In this document: positions 1 to 10,851 of the stretch, piece after piece
Layout of the letters: every line of letters begins with the position of its first letter
How positions within the stretch are numbered: position 1 is the stretch's first letter
Assembly: GCA_965199825.1 (NCBI GenBank)
Contig: OZ241329.1
Location: forward strand, 640,001 to 704,000
Length of the DNA stretch: 64,000 nucleotides
Direction of reading: 5' to 3'
DNA from: Bdellovibrionales bacterium
GTDB taxonomy: Bacteria; Bdellovibrionota; Bdellovibrionia; Bdellovibrionales; UBA1609
Notes under the pieces: generated by a model
Databases searched by the model: none
Seen by the model: only the letters and a program-made list of their open reading frames with translations
Told to the model about the DNA's origin: nothing
Position numbers and translations under genes: made by a program

Positions 1-1038
1 CCGCCGGAGATCTTCTTTAATGAAAAATATGAAAAACAGAATGGTCAGATTACTATACCTTGTTCCTATATGATTTCTGCACGCGATAAAGCGGGAAGCA
101 TCTACCGTGTGATTGGTAAAGATCACCATTTATTAGATAAGGGTGAAGGAATTAACTTCAGATTTTTTGACAAAGAAGGAACTAGCTATCTTGTAGATCA
201 AAAGGAACGAGACATTCCTGCGCCAGGATTTTGGGAAGAAAAAATCTCCAATTTATTTCTTGAATTGGAACCTAGTACGACTGTAGCAAAAGTTTACTGT
301 GAAGGGTCGAGTGAGAGTACAAACATAGTTCCTCACAACGTTCATTTAACAGATTTGAAATTTCCTAAGGCCGAGGCGCCGAACTTTTATAGTAGGCTAT
401 GCCGTATCGTAACACTCAATAAGGAAAGTTTTGTAACAGGAGTCTCTCCCTATTTTCGGATTCTTAAATATCAACCTAAAGTTTATCTTAAAACTATTTA
501 TATCCCGTTGCCGCCTGCACGTTATTATACGGATGGAGTTAGGGCTTCTCCAAATGTTTTGTTTGGAAAATCTATTGTGGAAAATACCTCAAATGTTGAT
601 GTGAAATTTCAATTAAAGAGATCTGGGATGACGAAAGTTCACGCTTACGATCCAAATTTGAAGTGGCGTGAAGAAGTAGAATTACCCACAGCTTTGGATG
701 TATTCGATAATGGCTCCTTTATTCCTCCAACAGATGAATATCTTCTTCCCGCAAATTCGAAAAGAGAAGTTCATATTGCATTCGATACTAATGTGACATG
801 TGTAAACCAAGGAGCCCACAACTTGTTTTTTGACTTTTCTGGCAAATCTGACAAACGAATCGAATTTTTATCCTTAGCCGGAGAGCACCTATTTGAATCA
901 ACCTTAATTGAGGTAGAAAACTGGACTATTCCAAACGATGTACGAGAAATTCAGCTTTTTAGTAAGCGCGAACCCCTAAAAATTCCATTGAGATCACCAG
1001 CACAATGTTCCGTACTCCACGCCCCCGGCATCCACTAA
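1..1038 (+). CDS. Hypothetical protein, probably 5'-truncated by the window edge
   Basis: The frame of ORF 70..1038 is open back to base 1 (PPEIFFNEKY...). AT-rich, no recognisable motif. Confidence 0.6.
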   Translation, partial: PPEIFFNEKYEKQNGQITIPCSYMISARDKAGSIYRVIGKDHHLLDKGEGINFRFFDKEGTSYLVDQKERDIPAPGFWEEKISNLFLELEPSTTVAKVYCEGSSESTNIVPHNVHLTDLKFPKAEAPNFYSRLCRIVTLNKESFVTGVSPYFRILKYQPKVYLKTIYIPLPPARYYTDGVRASPNVLFGKSIVENTSNVDVKFQLKRSGMTKVHAYDPNLKWREEVELPTALDVFDNGSFIPPTDEYLLPANSKREVHIAFDTNVTCVNQGAHNLFFDFSGKSDKRIEFLSLAGEHLFESTLIEVENWTIPNDVREIQLFSKREPLKIPLRSPAQCSVLHAPGIH

Positions 1039-1721
1039 TCCCTGCGCAAAAGCGCATAGTGAATGGGTAAACCCTGTCTCATAAACAAACTTTCGAAGTG
1101 GGTCGCAAATTGTGCGACTCCACTTTTGTGCAAATCAAAAGTTTGAAATTCCATTTTATAACTTGAGCGTGCAAAACAAATTAAAGCCCAGTCGAAATAA
1201 TCGCGGCTGTCGGTTTTAAATTCCAATTCATTTCCGGGACGCTGAACTTCAAATAATCGCGCCAAAAAATGATCTTGAATCAAGCGATGCTTTTGGGTGC
1301 GCAAGCGCTCCCAGGGATCGGGAAAATGAATCATCACTCGGTTGAGTTCGCCGCGACCAAAAATATCGTGGAGTTGAACTGCATTGTATCTTGCGATGCG
1401 GGCGTTGGTGCTGCCGTTTCTGATGCAGCGTCGTATGGATTGGATCAGCGGTTTGTACTTTAATTCTAAGCCGACCAGCGATCGCTCGGGATGAAGTGCC
1501 GCGTAGTGGGCGAAGTGAAGTCCGTTGCCTGTGCCGATTTCAAGATCAAGCGGCGCATCTGCAGCAACTCCAAAATGCTCACGCCAATGATTTTTGAATT
1601 CGATGACCCGTTCTTCGTCAAAAGCCCAGGGCGAAAATTCATTTTGCAAAGCAAGGATGTACGAGTTAGGTCGTAAGATACTACGGGTTTTTGAAATCTG
1701 AAGCTGGGCCCCTTTTGACAT
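1035..1721 (-). CDS. trmB: tRNA (guanine-N7)-methyltransferase
   Basis: LEIGTGNG SAM-binding motif, FPDPW, KHRL and KTD motifs. Confidence 0.93.
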   Translation of the reverse strand: MSKGAQLQISKTRSILRPNSYILALQNEFSPWAFDEERVIEFKNHWREHFGVAADAPLDLEIGTGNGLHFAHYAALHPERSLVGLELKYKPLIQSIRRCIRNGSTNARIARYNAVQLHDIFGRGELNRVMIHFPDPWERLRTQKHRLIQDHFLARLFEVQRPGNELEFKTDSRDYFDWALICFARSSYKMEFQTFDLHKSGVAQFATHFESLFMRQGLPIHYALLRRD

Positions 1722-1795
1722 CGGGTCGGTATAAGTGATCAGACCGTTAATAGCAACTAACTCAAAATTTATTCAAACGAACAAAGGCCATCTTT

Positions 1796-3430
1796 ATGAA
1801 AAAATTGATCCTCATTTTTGTTTATTCATCGTTTGCATTTGCGGTCCCATTTGAGGGTCAAAAAATGTTGGTAGCGGCTCCCAGTCCCTATGCAGTCACT
1901 ACCGCCGAAAAAATAATTAGTAAAGGTGGCAACGTTGTCGACGTGGCGGTCGCAATGGGTCTGACCTTAAGTGTGACCTCGCCTTATTTTGCAGCGCTCG
2001 GGGGCGGAGGCTTAGCCCTTGTGCGGATCAACAATCAAACTGTTGCCATCGATTTTCGCGAAGTTGCTCCGCTCACTATGGGTGAAAATAGTTTTAAAGA
2101 AGCCCCACAAGGAGCCTCGCGCGTGGGTGGCTTAGCGGTGGGAGTGCCTGGATTTCCTGCGGGCCTCTATGAGATCCATCACAAGTATGGAAAATTAAAA
2201 TGGGCGGCTTTGTTTGAAGATGCTCTCCAACTTTCGAGCAAAGGTTTTTATGTTTCTGGCGAATGGGTGCGCAACACCGCAAGTGAATTTGATCATTTTA
2301 CCGACACCGCTAAAAAAATATTTTTTAAAAATAATAAATCCTACGGCCCGCGTGAACTGTTCGTTCAAAAAAATCTTCATCAAGCTTTGCTCAAATTTAA
2401 AACTGGCGGGATGAAGGCGTTTTACGAGGGCGAAGTTGCAAAAGATATTGTTGATTCGATTCATAAAGCCAATGGCAAGATGACTCTTGAGGATCTTAAA
2501 AAATACAAAGTCGAGTGGCTTGAGCCAATGAAAACCACTTTGAATGATCATCAAATATACACCATGCCTCCACCAAGCAGCGGCGGAGTTGTGATCCAAA
2601 CCGCACTCAAACTTGTCAATCAATTGGATCTCGAAAAAACTCCACCATTGAGCGTGGATGAGTATCATTTGTTAGGCGAAGTTCTCTCGCGCAGTTTTAG
2701 AGGCCGATCGCTTCTTGGCGATCCAAACTATGTTAAAAATCCGCTCGATATGCTGCTCTCCAAAGATTATATCGACAAGTTGGTCAAATCGATTAGCCGC
2801 ACTAAGGCTCAAGACATGGAGCCCTTGAGTGAAGAAAATCTCGAAGAGCCCACTGAGACCACTCATTACTCGGTGCTTGATAAAGAGGGCAATGCGGTCT
2901 CACTTACGGTGACACTCAATGGAGATTACGGCTCAGGAGTGGTCAGCGAAAAATTTGGAATTGCCCTCAATAATGAGATGGATGATTTTATGACGCATCC
3001 TAAAGAGCCAAACATGTTTGGTTTAATTCAAGGTCGCGCCAATCGGGTTCAAGGCGGAAAGCGCCCGCTGTCTTCGATGTCTCCAACCCTGGCCGAAAAA
3101 GATGGTAAAATTGTTTTGGCTCTTGGAGCACCTGGGGGCCCACGAATTATCAGCGGTGTGTTTCAGGTTCTTTATCGCGTGCTGACTCGTGGACTAAATA
3201 TCGACCAAGCCATTCAAAGCCCAAGAATCCATCAACAGTTTTTGCCCCGAAAACTTTTTGTTGAGCGCAATCGATTTTCGCCAGAGATGATCGCAAGCCT
3301 CAGAAAAATGGGACACACCGTAGAAGACACGCCCTGGGTTGCGCGTGTGAATGGTGTAAGACTTAACGACAAAGGATTTTTGGAAGCCGGATTTGATTCG
3401 CGCGGTGAAGGTGCGGCCGGAGGGTTTTAG
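1796..3430 (+). CDS. ggt: Gamma-glutamyltransferase, exported
   Basis: Signal peptide; IDFREVAP, ETTHYSV (catalytic Thr), LNNEMDDF, PLSSMSP, GAPGG. Confidence 0.95.
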   Translation: MKKLILIFVYSSFAFAVPFEGQKMLVAAPSPYAVTTAEKIISKGGNVVDVAVAMGLTLSVTSPYFAALGGGGLALVRINNQTVAIDFREVAPLTMGENSFKEAPQGASRVGGLAVGVPGFPAGLYEIHHKYGKLKWAALFEDALQLSSKGFYVSGEWVRNTASEFDHFTDTAKKIFFKNNKSYGPRELFVQKNLHQALLKFKTGGMKAFYEGEVAKDIVDSIHKANGKMTLEDLKKYKVEWLEPMKTTLNDHQIYTMPPPSSGGVVIQTALKLVNQLDLEKTPPLSVDEYHLLGEVLSRSFRGRSLLGDPNYVKNPLDMLLSKDYIDKLVKSISRTKAQDMEPLSEENLEEPTETTHYSVLDKEGNAVSLTVTLNGDYGSGVVSEKFGIALNNEMDDFMTHPKEPNMFGLIQGRANRVQGGKRPLSSMSPTLAEKDGKIVLALGAPGGPRIISGVFQVLYRVLTRGLNIDQAIQSPRIHQQFLPRKLFVERNRFSPEMIASLRKMGHTVEDTPWVARVNGVRLNDKGFLEAGFDSRGEGAAGGF

Positions 3431-4446
3431 TTTACAAACTCATCGGGCTCGTCGGTGGATCGCACTTGATCTAAAGACACATCCAATTTTTTTTCAAACA
3501 CGGCTTGTCGAACCGGACAGTTTACCAAATCGCAAGCCCTGCAATAAGCCCTTCGGCAGGGATCAAAATGATAATTCATTTCTCCGCCGTAGGGGTAGGA
3601 TTCGATCACCTTTTTTTCGAACTGGGTGATGCGATCACTTGCTTGCAACACCGTCCAAAATTCTGGCAGCACAATATGAGCATCGATGTGATGATACCAA
3701 CCCGACCGAATCACTTTCACATGATGAATTTGAATAATGCCTTCGCGCGACTCACGATTAAAAACCAAAACCAAATCATCAAGAACCGAAACATCTTCTT
3801 CATCCATCAGGCCGCGTGCCGACTCTCGCACAAGTAAATAACCCGAGTAGGCCAAAACCAAACCCATCACCACCGCAATTGCCGAATCCAACCACAAGAT
3901 TCCGGTCATTCGGATTAAAACAATTCCGAGAGCAACACCCGCACTCGTCCAAAAATCAGAAACCACATGATGACCACTTGCTCTTAAAGCTACAGATGCA
4001 TGCGAGCGGCCTAAACGAATCAGATAGATGCCCAAAAATAGATTGCACACCCCTGTGAGGACCACAACCAAAACACCCAAATCCAAATTGCCGATGGGCT
4101 CGGGATTAAGATAGGTTTTGACCGCCTCAACCATAATCCAAATTGCGGCAAAGGTGATGAGGCTTCCCTCAAAGGCTGAGGAAAAGTATTCGATTTTTCC
4201 GTGTCCATAAGGATGATCTCGGTCAGCGGGCTTAGCCGAAAAGGTGACAACCACAAGTGCCAAAAGACTTGCGACAACATTGACCACACTCTCAACCGCA
4301 TCCGACAAAACCGCTTGAGAGTTGGTTCTTGAATAGGCCCAAAATTTTGCGAGAAGTAAAAGAACAGAGAGCAAAACAGATAAGGCGGCCGCATACTGTC
4401 GAGTGCGCTTTTCTTTATCTGTTAAAATACCGCCTTCGATTGCCAT
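3427..4446 (-). CDS. Cation diffusion facilitator (CDF) metal transporter with Cys-rich tail
   Basis: SDAVES, PADRDHPYGHGKIEY and HVVSD motifs; about six TM segments; C-terminal HFDPCRRAYCRACDLVNC. Confidence 0.92.
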   Translation of the reverse strand: MAIEGGILTDKEKRTRQYAAALSVLLSVLLLLAKFWAYSRTNSQAVLSDAVESVVNVVASLLALVVVTFSAKPADRDHPYGHGKIEYFSSAFEGSLITFAAIWIMVEAVKTYLNPEPIGNLDLGVLVVVLTGVCNLFLGIYLIRLGRSHASVALRASGHHVVSDFWTSAGVALGIVLIRMTGILWLDSAIAVVMGLVLAYSGYLLVRESARGLMDEEDVSVLDDLVLVFNRESREGIIQIHHVKVIRSGWYHHIDAHIVLPEFWTVLQASDRITQFEKKVIESYPYGGEMNYHFDPCRRAYCRACDLVNCPVRQAVFEKKLDVSLDQVRSTDEPDEFVN

Positions 4447-4462
4447 GCGGTATTAAAGCAAG

Positions 4463-5425
4463 TTAGGCGAGTTTTCTCAAGGAAATGGGTTGGGCATCGG
4501 TATATTCATATTCGACCACTCGATTTCGCCCCTGCTCCTTGGCCTTATACAGACCGCGGTCGGCAAAACGCACAAGTGATCGCGAATTGATTTCAGAAGC
4601 CCCTTTTTTAACCGAAAATCCAAAGCTCGCGGTCAGTTTAATCGCATGGATGTCATTTTCAAAAACACATTTGGATATGAGACCTCGCAAGCGCTCAGCA
4701 AAAACCATTGCTCCAGCAGAATCCATATCGGTGAGCACAATCAAAAACTCATCGCCGCCATAACGGGCGGCAAAATCGGTCTTTCGCATATTTTCGCGAA
4801 TGATTTTTCCAACTTGCGAAAGCACATAGCTTCCAAACAAATGATCATGGCGATCGTTACACTGCTTAAAATGATCCATGTCCATCATCAGTACGCAAAG
4901 CGAGCCCTTATGTCGGCGCGATCTTTCTAACTCAAAATCAAGTTTTTTATAAAGCGAGCGCATGTTGAAAAGTCCGGTGAGATCATCGATATCCACAAGT
5001 TCTTTTAATCTCTCGTTGGCCTTTCGCAGGTCATCGTGAAGATCTTTGATTCTTAATTGCGACCTAACTCTCGACAACAATTCCAAAACATCAAAGGGCT
5101 TGCACAAATAATCATCGGCACCCGCATCAAGTCCACGCACCACATCTTCGGGCTTTGACTTTGCGGTTAAGAAAATTACCGAGACGTAATCATGCTTTGT
5201 TCTTAAGAGCTGAAGAGTTTCTAGGCCACTTAAACCCGGCATGCTCACATCAAGCAAAACCAAATGGGGCGAGCCCTTACTCATGCACTCAAGAGCTTTT
5301 TGACCGCTGTCAGCGGTTGAGACATTGTAGCCTTCATACTCCAACGCACGCACCACTATCTTTACAAGCTGTGGATCATCATCAACTACCAAGATCCGCC
5401 GCTTTTGATTCTCGAGATTTGCCAT
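4463..5425 (-). CDS. Receiver-GGDEF diguanylate cyclase
   Basis: REC (VVDDD, LLDVSMP, KPF) plus DDLTGLFN and RYGGDEF, with RxxD I-site (RKTD). Start moved to ATG 5425. Confidence 0.92.
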   Translation of the reverse strand: MANLENQKRRILVVDDDPQLVKIVVRALEYEGYNVSTADSGQKALECMSKGSPHLVLLDVSMPGLSGLETLQLLRTKHDYVSVIFLTAKSKPEDVVRGLDAGADDYLCKPFDVLELLSRVRSQLRIKDLHDDLRKANERLKELVDIDDLTGLFNMRSLYKKLDFELERSRRHKGSLCVLMMDMDHFKQCNDRHDHLFGSYVLSQVGKIIRENMRKTDFAARYGGDEFLIVLTDMDSAGAMVFAERLRGLISKCVFENDIHAIKLTASFGFSVKKGASEINSRSLVRFADRGLYKAKEQGRNRVVEYEYTDAQPISLRKLA

Positions 5426-5529
5426 ATTATTAAGTGTAGCAAAATAGTGATTATAAAAAATGAACTTAACCAAATTTGAGGCCGAAGTCGGGTTTGACTC
5501 TCATGTTGATAGAGACTATTCCCCGCTGA

Positions 5530-7923
5530 ATGTCTTATATTCACTCTACGATCGAAGAAAAATGGCAAAAGGCTTGGGACGAAGGACGATGTTTTCAAGC
5601 GGCCCCTACCGACTCACATCGACCTAAGTATTATGCGCTCGACATGTTTCCTTATCCCTCTGGTGCGGGTCTACATGTTGGTCATCTTGCTTCTTACACA
5701 CCGACCGATATTATCTCGCGCTACAAACGGACACGCGGCTTTAATGTTCTTCATCCCATGGGCTATGATGCTTTTGGTTTACCTGCCGAGCAGTATGCGA
5801 TTCAAACCGGAATTCATCCTGCGGTCACCACAGCAAAAGCGATCACAAACTTTCGCAGGCAGCTTAAATCATTTGGGTTTAGTTTTGACTGGAGCCGCGA
5901 AATCTCAACTGCCGAACCCAACTTTTACAAATGGACGCAGTGGATTTTTTTGCAGCTCTTTAACAGAGGCCTAGCTTATCAAAAAGAAGTTCCGGTTAAC
6001 TGGTGCCCCGCACTTCGCACCGTTTTGGCGAACGAAGAAATTGTTGATGGCAAAAGTGAACGCGGCGGACATCCCATTATCAGAATGCCAATGAAACAAT
6101 GGGTGCTCAACATCACCTCTTATGCCGAGCGTTTGATTTCAGATTTAGATTTGGTCGACTGGCCCGAGCGCACCAAAGAAGGTCAACGCAACTGGATTGG
6201 CAAAAGCATTGGTGCAAAAGTTCGATTCACAATCGAGGGTGAGTCGGTTGATGTTTTCACCACCCGCCCCGACACTCTTTTTGGTGCAACTTTTATGGTG
6301 CTCGCACCTGAGCACCCCTTGGTCCAAAGACTTGTTACGAGTGACACAAAAAAAACGGTTGAAGATTATATTCAAAAAACTTCGGCCCGCAGTGAGGTTG
6401 ATCGAAAGTCAGACCCTGGAAAAACCGGCGTGTTCACCGGTGGGCACGCTATTCATCCTCTCACAAATCAAAAAATTCCTGTTTGGATTGCCGACTATGT
6501 TTTGATGGACTACGGAACCGGCGCCATCATGGCGGTTCCTGGACATGACGAACGCGATTTTGAATTTGCCGAAAAGTTTTCGCTTCCGATTATTCGGGTT
6601 GTTGAGAGCGATCATGCTTTGCCATTTGTTGGCGAAGGCAAAATGGTCAATTCCGAATTTTTAAATGGCCTCACAAAAACCGAAGCTATCGAAAAAATGA
6701 TCGAGCATCTTGAAAATAAAAAACTTGGTCAAAAGCAAGTTCAGTATAAGATCAGAGATTGGCTCTTTAGCCGACAGCGCTATTGGGGCGAGCCTTTTCC
6801 GATTGTGCACATGAGCGATGGCACCCTCAAAGGTGTACCCGAAAATGAGTTGCCTGTGTTGTTGCCCGAGGTTGCCGACTACGAACCCACCGAAAAAGGT
6901 GAGCCGCCATTGGCGCGGGTTAAAGAATTTGTTGAGTACAGCTCATCCGATTTTAAAGGAAAGCGCGACACCGACACGATGCCGGGCACCGCAGGTTCAT
7001 CTTGGTATTTTTTAAGATTCACCGATCCCCACAATCAAGATGCGGCGTTTAGTTTTGAGGCTCAAAAGTATTGGATGCCGGTTGATCTTTATGTGGGCGG
7101 TACCGAGCACACGGTCAGTCACCTGCTCTACTCCAGATTTTGGCATAAAGTTTTGTTTGATGCAGGTCTTGTGAGTTGTCCAGAGCCTTACCAAAAGTTG
7201 GCGCATCAAGGTGTGGTGCTTGGTCCAGATGGTCAACGGATGTCGAAGTCTCGCGGCAATGTGATCAACAACGATGAGGTGCGCGAAAAATACGGTGCCG
7301 ATGCGGCCAGGATTTATATTAGTTTCCTTGGGCCATTTGAAAAAGACAAACCTTGGTCGTCCTCTGGGATCGAAGGAGTCAAAAGATTTCTCGATCGAAT
7401 TTGGCGCTCGGTGGTCGACGAAAACAACAATCTGATTGTCACAGACGAGGCTCCTCCCGAGGAGCTTCAACGTGTTCTTCATAAGACAATTAAGAAGGTC
7501 GAAGACGACATCGAGTCGATGAGTTTCAACACGGCCATTAGCAGCATGATGATTTTGGTGAATGAAATTTACCGCCTCAATGTTCGACCGCGCGAGGTGC
7601 TAAAAACTCTTTGCCAACTTTTGATGCCCTTTGCACCGCATATTGCAGAGGAAATTTGGCAGAAACTGGGCGGGTCTGGATTCGTAAGTCTTGCACCCTG
7701 GCCAAAATATGATCAGACTTTGATTTTCGATGACGAAGTCGAAATGGGAGTTCAAGTTAATGGCAAAATGCGAGGGACCATAAAATTAAAAAATGATGCA
7801 GACGAAGAGGCTGCGGTCAAAAAAGCGCTTGAGCTCACAACGGTAACCCAAGCTCTTCAAGAAAAACCCATAACAAAAATTATTTATAAACACGGGAAGA
7901 TTTTAAACTTAATTGCAAAGTGA
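5530..7923 (+). CDS. leuS: Leucine--tRNA ligase
   Basis: MFPYPSGAGLHVGH, editing-domain FTTRPDT and GTGAIMAVPGHD, MSKS. Confidence 0.98.
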   Translation: MSYIHSTIEEKWQKAWDEGRCFQAAPTDSHRPKYYALDMFPYPSGAGLHVGHLASYTPTDIISRYKRTRGFNVLHPMGYDAFGLPAEQYAIQTGIHPAVTTAKAITNFRRQLKSFGFSFDWSREISTAEPNFYKWTQWIFLQLFNRGLAYQKEVPVNWCPALRTVLANEEIVDGKSERGGHPIIRMPMKQWVLNITSYAERLISDLDLVDWPERTKEGQRNWIGKSIGAKVRFTIEGESVDVFTTRPDTLFGATFMVLAPEHPLVQRLVTSDTKKTVEDYIQKTSARSEVDRKSDPGKTGVFTGGHAIHPLTNQKIPVWIADYVLMDYGTGAIMAVPGHDERDFEFAEKFSLPIIRVVESDHALPFVGEGKMVNSEFLNGLTKTEAIEKMIEHLENKKLGQKQVQYKIRDWLFSRQRYWGEPFPIVHMSDGTLKGVPENELPVLLPEVADYEPTEKGEPPLARVKEFVEYSSSDFKGKRDTDTMPGTAGSSWYFLRFTDPHNQDAAFSFEAQKYWMPVDLYVGGTEHTVSHLLYSRFWHKVLFDAGLVSCPEPYQKLAHQGVVLGPDGQRMSKSRGNVINNDEVREKYGADAARIYISFLGPFEKDKPWSSSGIEGVKRFLDRIWRSVVDENNNLIVTDEAPPEELQRVLHKTIKKVEDDIESMSFNTAISSMMILVNEIYRLNVRPREVLKTLCQLLMPFAPHIAEEIWQKLGGSGFVSLAPWPKYDQTLIFDDEVEMGVQVNGKMRGTIKLKNDADEEAAVKKALELTTVTQALQEKPITKIIYKHGKILNLIAK

Positions 7924-7937
7924 GGAACACAATAATA

Positions 7938-9863
7938 ATGGCTAGAGGCGAAGACACCACGGTCACTGAATGGACCACCGAAAAAAGCGGGCATTTGTAC
8001 GGGATCAACTACTGGGGAGCAAATTACTTTAGGGTAAATCGTGCTGGAAATGTGGAGATCTCACCGGTTGGTCTTGAGGGACCAAAAATTGATCTCAAAC
8101 AACTTGTTGAAGATCTGATCGAGCGTGGAATTCGTCTGCCGATTTTGCTTCGCTTTCCTGACATTATAAAAGCCCGGATTGATCTGCTCGTAGGTTGCTT
8201 TGCCAAAGCCTGCCAAGACATGAACTACAAAGGTCAGTACTGCGGTGTGTATCCTATTAAGGTGAACCAACAGCGCCACATCGTCGAACAAATTGTCCAG
8301 TGGGGACAGCTTCATCGCTTTGGGCTCGAAGCTGGATCTAAACCAGAATTGTTGATCACCCTGGCGATGATGGACACGGCCGATGCTCTGATTGTGTGTA
8401 ATGGATTTAAAGATCCAGAATACATCGAGATGGCTTTGCTCTCACAAAAATTGGGTCGACAAACATTTATCGTTATCGATCGCATGTCTGAGCTGCAGAT
8501 GATTATCGACGCGAGCAAAAAATTAAATATTCGCCCAAAAATTGGGATGCGCGTAAAACTCAACAGCCAGGGCTCTGGCCGTTGGGCCGAGACCGCCGGC
8601 GCGCGGTCAAAGTTTGGACTGACTCCTTCAGAAATTGTTCGTAGCGTAGAGGTTTTGCGTTCAGAAGATATGCTGAATTGCTTAGAGCTTTTGCATTTTC
8701 ATATCGGCTCGCAAATTCCTTCGATTCAATCCATCAAAGGCGCAATCAAAGAAGGGGCCCGTTTTTTTACCGAGCTCTACGCCATGGGTGCAGCGCCTAA
8801 GTACATCGACGTGGGTGGTGGTCTTGGAGTGGACTATGACGGAAGCGGTCGCTCCGACAGTTCGACCAATTATTCAGAACAAGAATATGCCAATGATGTG
8901 GTCTCAAGCCTTCAAGCCATTTGCGATGAAAAGCGCATTCCACATCCCGATATTGTATCGGAGAGTGGTCGATTTTTGGTGGCTCATAGCTCGATCCTTG
9001 TGTTTGATGTTTTGGGCTGTAACGAGATGGAAAAGCGCGATTTTGTTTTGGCCAATCCCGAAAAAGAATCAAGCCTGGTGCGCGATCTTTGGGAAATCCA
9101 TCAGACTCTCAATAAGTCCAATATCAACGAATACTATAATGATCTGATTGAGAAAAAACGCGACATCCTCCAATTGTTTACCTACGGGGTTTTGAATCTA
9201 GAGCAACGGGCAAAAGCTGAAGATCTCTATTGGGCGATTGCAACCAAGATGGTGAAAATGGCAAAGGGCATGGAAGATGCCGAGACCATCGTCAACGATC
9301 TTGAAAAGGATTTGTCAGACACCTATTTTTGCAATTTTTCGGTTTTTCAAAGTCTTCCTGACTCGTGGGCACTCGAACAAGTTTTTCCTGTGATGCCAAT
9401 TCAAAGACTCAATGAAACACCTGATCGAAAAGCAATTCTTGTCGATCTCACTTGTGATTCGGATGGACACATCACAAATTTTATCGATATCGAAAATGCC
9501 CAAATTCAAAATCATTTGGCGGTGCACACCTTTCGAAAGGGCGAGCCCTACTACATGGGTGTGTTTTTGGCGGGAGCTTATCAAGAAATTTTGGGCGATC
9601 TGCACAATCTATTTGGTGATACCGACGCGGTTTATGTTTCGATCACTCCAAATGGATATTCGATCGATCATGTGGTCGAAGGAGATTCGGTCACCGATGT
9701 TTTGAGTTTTGTTGAGTACGGGAAACCTGAACTCCTCGAGCGCATGCGAAAAGCCACCGAGACCAGCATTGCCAAAGGGTCGCTCTCTGCCTCAGAAGCG
9801 CGCCTTTTGCTCAAGCACTACGAACAAGGCCTTTCGGGCTACACCTATTTATTTGAAGCTTAG
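7938..9863 (+). CDS. speA: Biosynthetic arginine decarboxylase
   Basis: VYPIKVNQ (PLP Lys), GLEAGSKPEL, HFHIGSQI, LTCDSDG, GAYQEILG. Start set at ATG 7938. Confidence 0.96.
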   Translation: MARGEDTTVTEWTTEKSGHLYGINYWGANYFRVNRAGNVEISPVGLEGPKIDLKQLVEDLIERGIRLPILLRFPDIIKARIDLLVGCFAKACQDMNYKGQYCGVYPIKVNQQRHIVEQIVQWGQLHRFGLEAGSKPELLITLAMMDTADALIVCNGFKDPEYIEMALLSQKLGRQTFIVIDRMSELQMIIDASKKLNIRPKIGMRVKLNSQGSGRWAETAGARSKFGLTPSEIVRSVEVLRSEDMLNCLELLHFHIGSQIPSIQSIKGAIKEGARFFTELYAMGAAPKYIDVGGGLGVDYDGSGRSDSSTNYSEQEYANDVVSSLQAICDEKRIPHPDIVSESGRFLVAHSSILVFDVLGCNEMEKRDFVLANPEKESSLVRDLWEIHQTLNKSNINEYYNDLIEKKRDILQLFTYGVLNLEQRAKAEDLYWAIATKMVKMAKGMEDAETIVNDLEKDLSDTYFCNFSVFQSLPDSWALEQVFPVMPIQRLNETPDRKAILVDLTCDSDGHITNFIDIENAQIQNHLAVHTFRKGEPYYMGVFLAGAYQEILGDLHNLFGDTDAVYVSITPNGYSIDHVVEGDSVTDVLSFVEYGKPELLERMRKATETSIAKGSLSASEARLLLKHYEQGLSGYTYLFEA

Positions 9864-9873
9864 GAGAGATTTC

Positions 9874-10842
9874 ATGGGACCCATTTCTAAATTTATTGAT
9901 CATCACTACCGACATTTCAATGCGGCGGCACTCAAAGATGCGAGTGTTGCCTACAACAAACATCTTGAGCATGGCGGCAAGATGATGATTACCCTCGCGG
10001 GCGCAATGAGCACCGCAGAACTTGGTTTGTCGCTCGCCGAGATGATTCGCCAAAACAAAGTGCATGCGATCAGCTGCACCGGCGCAAATCTCGAAGAGGA
10101 TGTGTTTAACCTTGTGGCTCATGACCACTATGTGCGCATTCCTCACTATCGCAATTTATCAAACGAAGAAGAAAACTCGCTGCTCGAGCGCCATCTGAAC
10201 CGGGTGACCGACACTTGCATTCCCGAAGAAGAAGCGATCCGCCGTATCGAAGGTGTGATCATAAAAAAATGGGTTGAAAACACCGCATCTAAAAAATCGC
10301 TTTTACCGCATCAGTATTTTTACGAAATGTTAAATGAAGGATCTTTAAAGCAGCATTATCAAATTGATCCCAAAAATTCTTGGCTCATTGCCGCTGCCGA
10401 AAAAAATCTGCCCATCATCGTTCCAGGCTGGGAAGATTCCACTCTTGGAAATATTTTTGCCGGCCGTGTGATCGAAGGTAAGGTGGATCGTTCGGTGATG
10501 CGCACCGGAATCGACTACATGATTGAGTTGTCGCAGTGGTATCAATCCGAATGCACCAATCCCGCTGGAATCGGATTTTTTCAAATCGGTGGAGGGATCG
10601 CCGGAGATTTCCCCATTTGTGTGGTGCCAATGCTTGAACAGGATCTTCTTAAAAAAATTCCGAAGTGGGCGTACTTTTGCCAAATTTCGGATTCAACAAC
10701 CAGCTACGGTTCGTATTCCGGCGCCGTTCCCAACGAAAAAATCAGTTGGGGTAAACTTGAAATCAAATCGCCAAAGTTTATTGTCGAATCGGATGCATCG
10801 ATTGTGGCGCCATTGATGTTTAGTTACATCTTAGGCTGGTAA
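9874..10842 (+). CDS. Deoxyhypusine-synthase-like protein (probable homospermidine pathway enzyme)
   Basis: GAMSTAELG, TGANLEED, IGGGI, SGAVPNEKISWGK (active-site Lys). AGGAGAG RBS before ATG 9874. Confidence 0.9.
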   Translation: MGPISKFIDHHYRHFNAAALKDASVAYNKHLEHGGKMMITLAGAMSTAELGLSLAEMIRQNKVHAISCTGANLEEDVFNLVAHDHYVRIPHYRNLSNEEENSLLERHLNRVTDTCIPEEEAIRRIEGVIIKKWVENTASKKSLLPHQYFYEMLNEGSLKQHYQIDPKNSWLIAAAEKNLPIIVPGWEDSTLGNIFAGRVIEGKVDRSVMRTGIDYMIELSQWYQSECTNPAGIGFFQIGGGIAGDFPICVVPMLEQDLLKKIPKWAYFCQISDSTTSYGSYSGAVPNEKISWGKLEIKSPKFIVESDASIVAPLMFSYILGW

Positions 10843-10851
10843 TCGCCAGTC

